The notes under the pieces were generated by a model. It worked only from the letters and a program-made list of their open reading frames with translations. It was not told where the DNA came from and ran no database searches. Shown here piece after piece: positions 45,754 to 47,756 of a stretch of 47,756 nucleotides of DNA (within the stretch, counting starts at the first letter, position 1; the number at the start of each line of letters is the position of its first letter). The translations under genes were made by a program, and so were the position numbers. Source of the stretch: Erysipelotrichaceae bacterium (lineage in GTDB: Bacteria; Bacteroidota; Bacteroidia; Bacteroidales; Paludibacteraceae). The stretch spans positions 1-47,756 of the forward strand of contig CAVGYO010000001.1 in assembly GCA_963633255.1 (NCBI GenBank), written 5' to 3'.

Positions 45754-46776
45754 ATGGGACTATTTTCTTTTACACAAGATGTTGCCATCGACCTTGGTAC
45801 CGCCAATACCATCATTACTTGTAACGACAAAATTGTGGTCGATGAACCATCGATAGTGGCGCTCGACCGCAGCACAGGCAAACTGATTGCCATCGGTCGG
45901 CAGGCGCAGCAGATGCAGGGGCGCGAACACCCCAACATTCGCACCATACGCCCGTTGCGCGATGGCGTGATAGCCGACTTTAACGCTGCCGAGTTGATGA
46001 TTCGCGGTATGATAAAGATGATTCCGCACCGCAGCCGTCTGGTTACACCGTCGTTGCGCATGGTGGTTGGCATTCCGTCGGGCAGCACCGAGGTAGAAGT
46101 GCGCGCCGTCCGCGACTCGTCGGAACATGCTGGCGGTCGCGAAGTGTATATGATTTACGAACCGATGGCGGCTGCCATTGGCATTGGTCTCGATGTAGAA
46201 GCCCCCGAAGGCTGCATGGTGGTCGATATAGGCGGTGGCACTACCGAAATTGCCGTTATCTCGTTGGGTGGCATGGTGTCGAACCAGTCGATCCGCATTG
46301 CTGGCGACGATTTCACCAAAGATATCATCGAGTATATGAACCGCCAGCACAATGTCAAAGTGGGCGAGCGCATGGCCGAGCAGATTAAAATCCGCGTCGG
46401 TTCGGCACTCATCGACTTGGGCGACGAAGCCCCCGAAGATTTCATTGTCGATGGGCCGAACAAAATGACTGCGCTGCCGATGAAAGTGCCTGTATCGTAC
46501 CAAGAGATAGCGCACTGCCTCGAAAAATCGATAACCAAAATCGAAGCGGCTGTATTGGCGGCGCTCGAAGAGACTCCGCCCGAACTCTACGCCGACTTGG
46601 TGAAAAACGGCATCTATCTGGCGGGTGGCGGCGCACTATTGCGCGGCTTGGCCAAACGCCTCACCGATAAAATTCAGATTCCGTTCCATGTGGCCGACGA
46701 CCCACTGCGGGCTGTGGCGCGTGGCACAGGCGTAGCGTTGAAAAATGTGGACAAGTTCCAATTCTTGCTCCGTTAA
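45754..46776 (+). CDS. mreB: Rod shape-determining protein MreB
   Basis: Translation MGLFSFTQDVAIDLGTANTII...VVDIGGGTTEIAVISLGG... Confidence 0.97.
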   Translation: MGLFSFTQDVAIDLGTANTIITCNDKIVVDEPSIVALDRSTGKLIAIGRQAQQMQGREHPNIRTIRPLRDGVIADFNAAELMIRGMIKMIPHRSRLVTPSLRMVVGIPSGSTEVEVRAVRDSSEHAGGREVYMIYEPMAAAIGIGLDVEAPEGCMVVDIGGGTTEIAVISLGGMVSNQSIRIAGDDFTKDIIEYMNRQHNVKVGERMAEQIKIRVGSALIDLGDEAPEDFIVDGPNKMTALPMKVPVSYQEIAHCLEKSITKIEAAVLAALEETPPELYADLVKNGIYLAGGGALLRGLAKRLTDKIQIPFHVADDPLRAVARGTGVALKNVDKFQFLLR

Positions 46777-46793
46777 AAAGCAACGCCAAGCGT

Positions 46794-46832
46794 GGCGGCG
46801 GGATTTTGCGCCCGTCGCCTTTTGATTTTTTG
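46794..46832 (+). terminator. Strong hairpin plus T-tract between mreB and mreC (terminator or attenuator)
   Basis: GGCGGCGGG (46794-46802) pairs with CCCGTCGCC (46811-46819): 9 bp with one G-U. The loop is 8 nt, followed by ttttgatttttt. Confidence 0.6.
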
Positions 46833-46858
46833 TAAACAACAAATTTGACTCTCGTTCG

Positions 46859-47689
46859 ATGTCGACCTTGTTGCGTTTTCTGCTTAAATTTGCCAACTTC
46901 TTTGAATTTCTATTCTTGGAAGTGGTTGCGTTTTTGTTCATTGTGAACTTCAACGCCTTTCAGCAGAGCGCATTCTACCGATTCAACGCCTCGATGGTGG
47001 CATCGCTCTATTCGGCAACGAACGCTTGTGCCGACTACTTCCATCTGACAGCAGAAAATGCGCAGTTGATGGACGAAAACAATCGGTTGCTCAATCGGAT
47101 AGCGGCTTTGGAGGCGCAACTGCCCGACACGATGGCGGTTACGGCGGTCGAATTGCCCTACCATGCTCGCACGGCCAAAGTGGTTTATGCGTCGGTCAAT
47201 CGGTTGCAAAATGTGCTGATTATCAATCGTGGAACAGCCGACAGCATTGCCACCGACATGGGCGTGGTGAATGCCGACGGCGTGGTGGGCATAGTCGATG
47301 CGGTGTCGAAACATTTTGCGGTGGTGTTGCCCGTGATTAGCACCAAATCGATGGTGAGCGGCAAAATCGCCAAAAACGGCACTATCGGTTCGGTGGTGTG
47401 GGACGGTCTTTCGCCCGAATATGCCGAACTGACCGACATTCCGTATCATGTCGATGTGGCGGTGGGCGACACGGTGGTTACCAGCGGCTATTCCGCCATT
47501 TTTGCCAGCGGCGTGCCTATCGGCGTGGTCGACGAGGTGGAGGTGAACAACAGCCGCGTATTTTGCAAAATCAGACTGCGACTGCTCGTCAATTACCGCA
47601 CCGTCGATGCTGTGCATGTAATCGATTGCGCGCACCGCGACGAATTGAAACAAGTAATCTCCGATAATGTTAGTAGCAAGACAAGTTAG
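46859..47689 (+). CDS. mreC: Rod shape-determining protein MreC
   Basis: N-terminal TM segment, coiled coil (AENAQLMDENNRLLNRIAALEAQL), then a beta-rich domain. It follows mreB. The last codons and the TAG stop (47687-47689) lie in repeat copy C. Confidence 0.9.
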   Translation: MSTLLRFLLKFANFFEFLFLEVVAFLFIVNFNAFQQSAFYRFNASMVASLYSATNACADYFHLTAENAQLMDENNRLLNRIAALEAQLPDTMAVTAVELPYHARTAKVVYASVNRLQNVLIINRGTADSIATDMGVVNADGVVGIVDAVSKHFAVVLPVISTKSMVSGKIAKNGTIGSVVWDGLSPEYAELTDIPYHVDVAVGDTVVTSGYSAIFASGVPIGVVDEVEVNNSRVFCKIRLRLLVNYRTVDAVHVIDCAHRDELKQVISDNVSSKTS

Positions 47690-47756
47690 GAGTGAGAAGT
47701 GGTTTTTGAGTTAGGAGTTAGGAATTAGGAGTGAGGAGTGATGCGGCGAAGCCGCA
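47663..47756 (+). repeat. Dispersed intergenic repeat element, copy C (cut by window end immediately after the hairpin)
   Basis: The sequence gataatgttagtagcaagacaagttaggagtgagaagtgg...ggaattaggagtgaggagtgatgcggcgaagccgca aligns with rc(1-118) and with copy B. The 36-nt core at 47721-47756 is identical. Confidence 0.85.

Overview
This is a chromosomal window from a Bacteroidota (Bacteroidales-like) genome. The evidence for that placement is several TTTG-N19-21-TAnnTTTG promoters, no Shine-Dalgarno sequences ahead of genes, T9SS C-terminal sorting domains, and the gene order. All protein family and domain calls come from reading the translations against remembered signatures; no HMM or BLAST search was run.

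- 1-18.3 kb (+): one uninterrupted str/S10/spc/alpha ribosomal supercluster, rpsL through rplQ, with secY, map, infA and rpoA. It includes rpmD and rpmJ, which are too short for the ORF track. This region is ordinary.
- 18.3-21.6 kb (-): a manC-like gene, a small tail-anchored membrane ORF, and mutL.
- 21.7-35.1 kb (-): the most unusual block. A consensus promoter at one end and an intrinsic terminator at the other frame three genes: a 121-aa orphan ORF, a 964-aa secreted Ig-like/MBG-like repeat protein, and a 3273-aa giant protein. The giant has a signal peptide, two PCMD-like domains, about 30 cadherin-like beta-sandwich repeats and a T9SS C-terminal domain.
- 35.3-41.4 kb (-): an EF-G paralog whose GTPase motifs are visibly degenerate (DCPGN and NQLD, against DTPGH and NKMD in the canonical fusA of the same window); a 995-aa T9SS-secreted endonuclease I/lamin-tail-domain protein; and pssA.
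- 41.4-47.7 kb (+): initiator tRNA-Met, a lipoprotein, pdxB-like, ttcA-like, serS, mreB and mreC.

A second unexplained signal is a dispersed repeat element of about 90-118 nt. It carries heptad purine-rich repeats and ends in a 36-nt core with the hairpin TGCGGC-gaa-GCCGCA, which is identical in all copies. Three copies are present, at 1-118 (inverted), 43830-43918 and 47663-47756. Two of them supply the C-terminal codons and stop codon of the upstream gene. The middle copy is followed by about 250 bp made of six different back-to-back 7-8-nt tandem arrays, just upstream of the serS promoter.

Many very long antisense ORFs in the track are shadow ORFs and are rejected.
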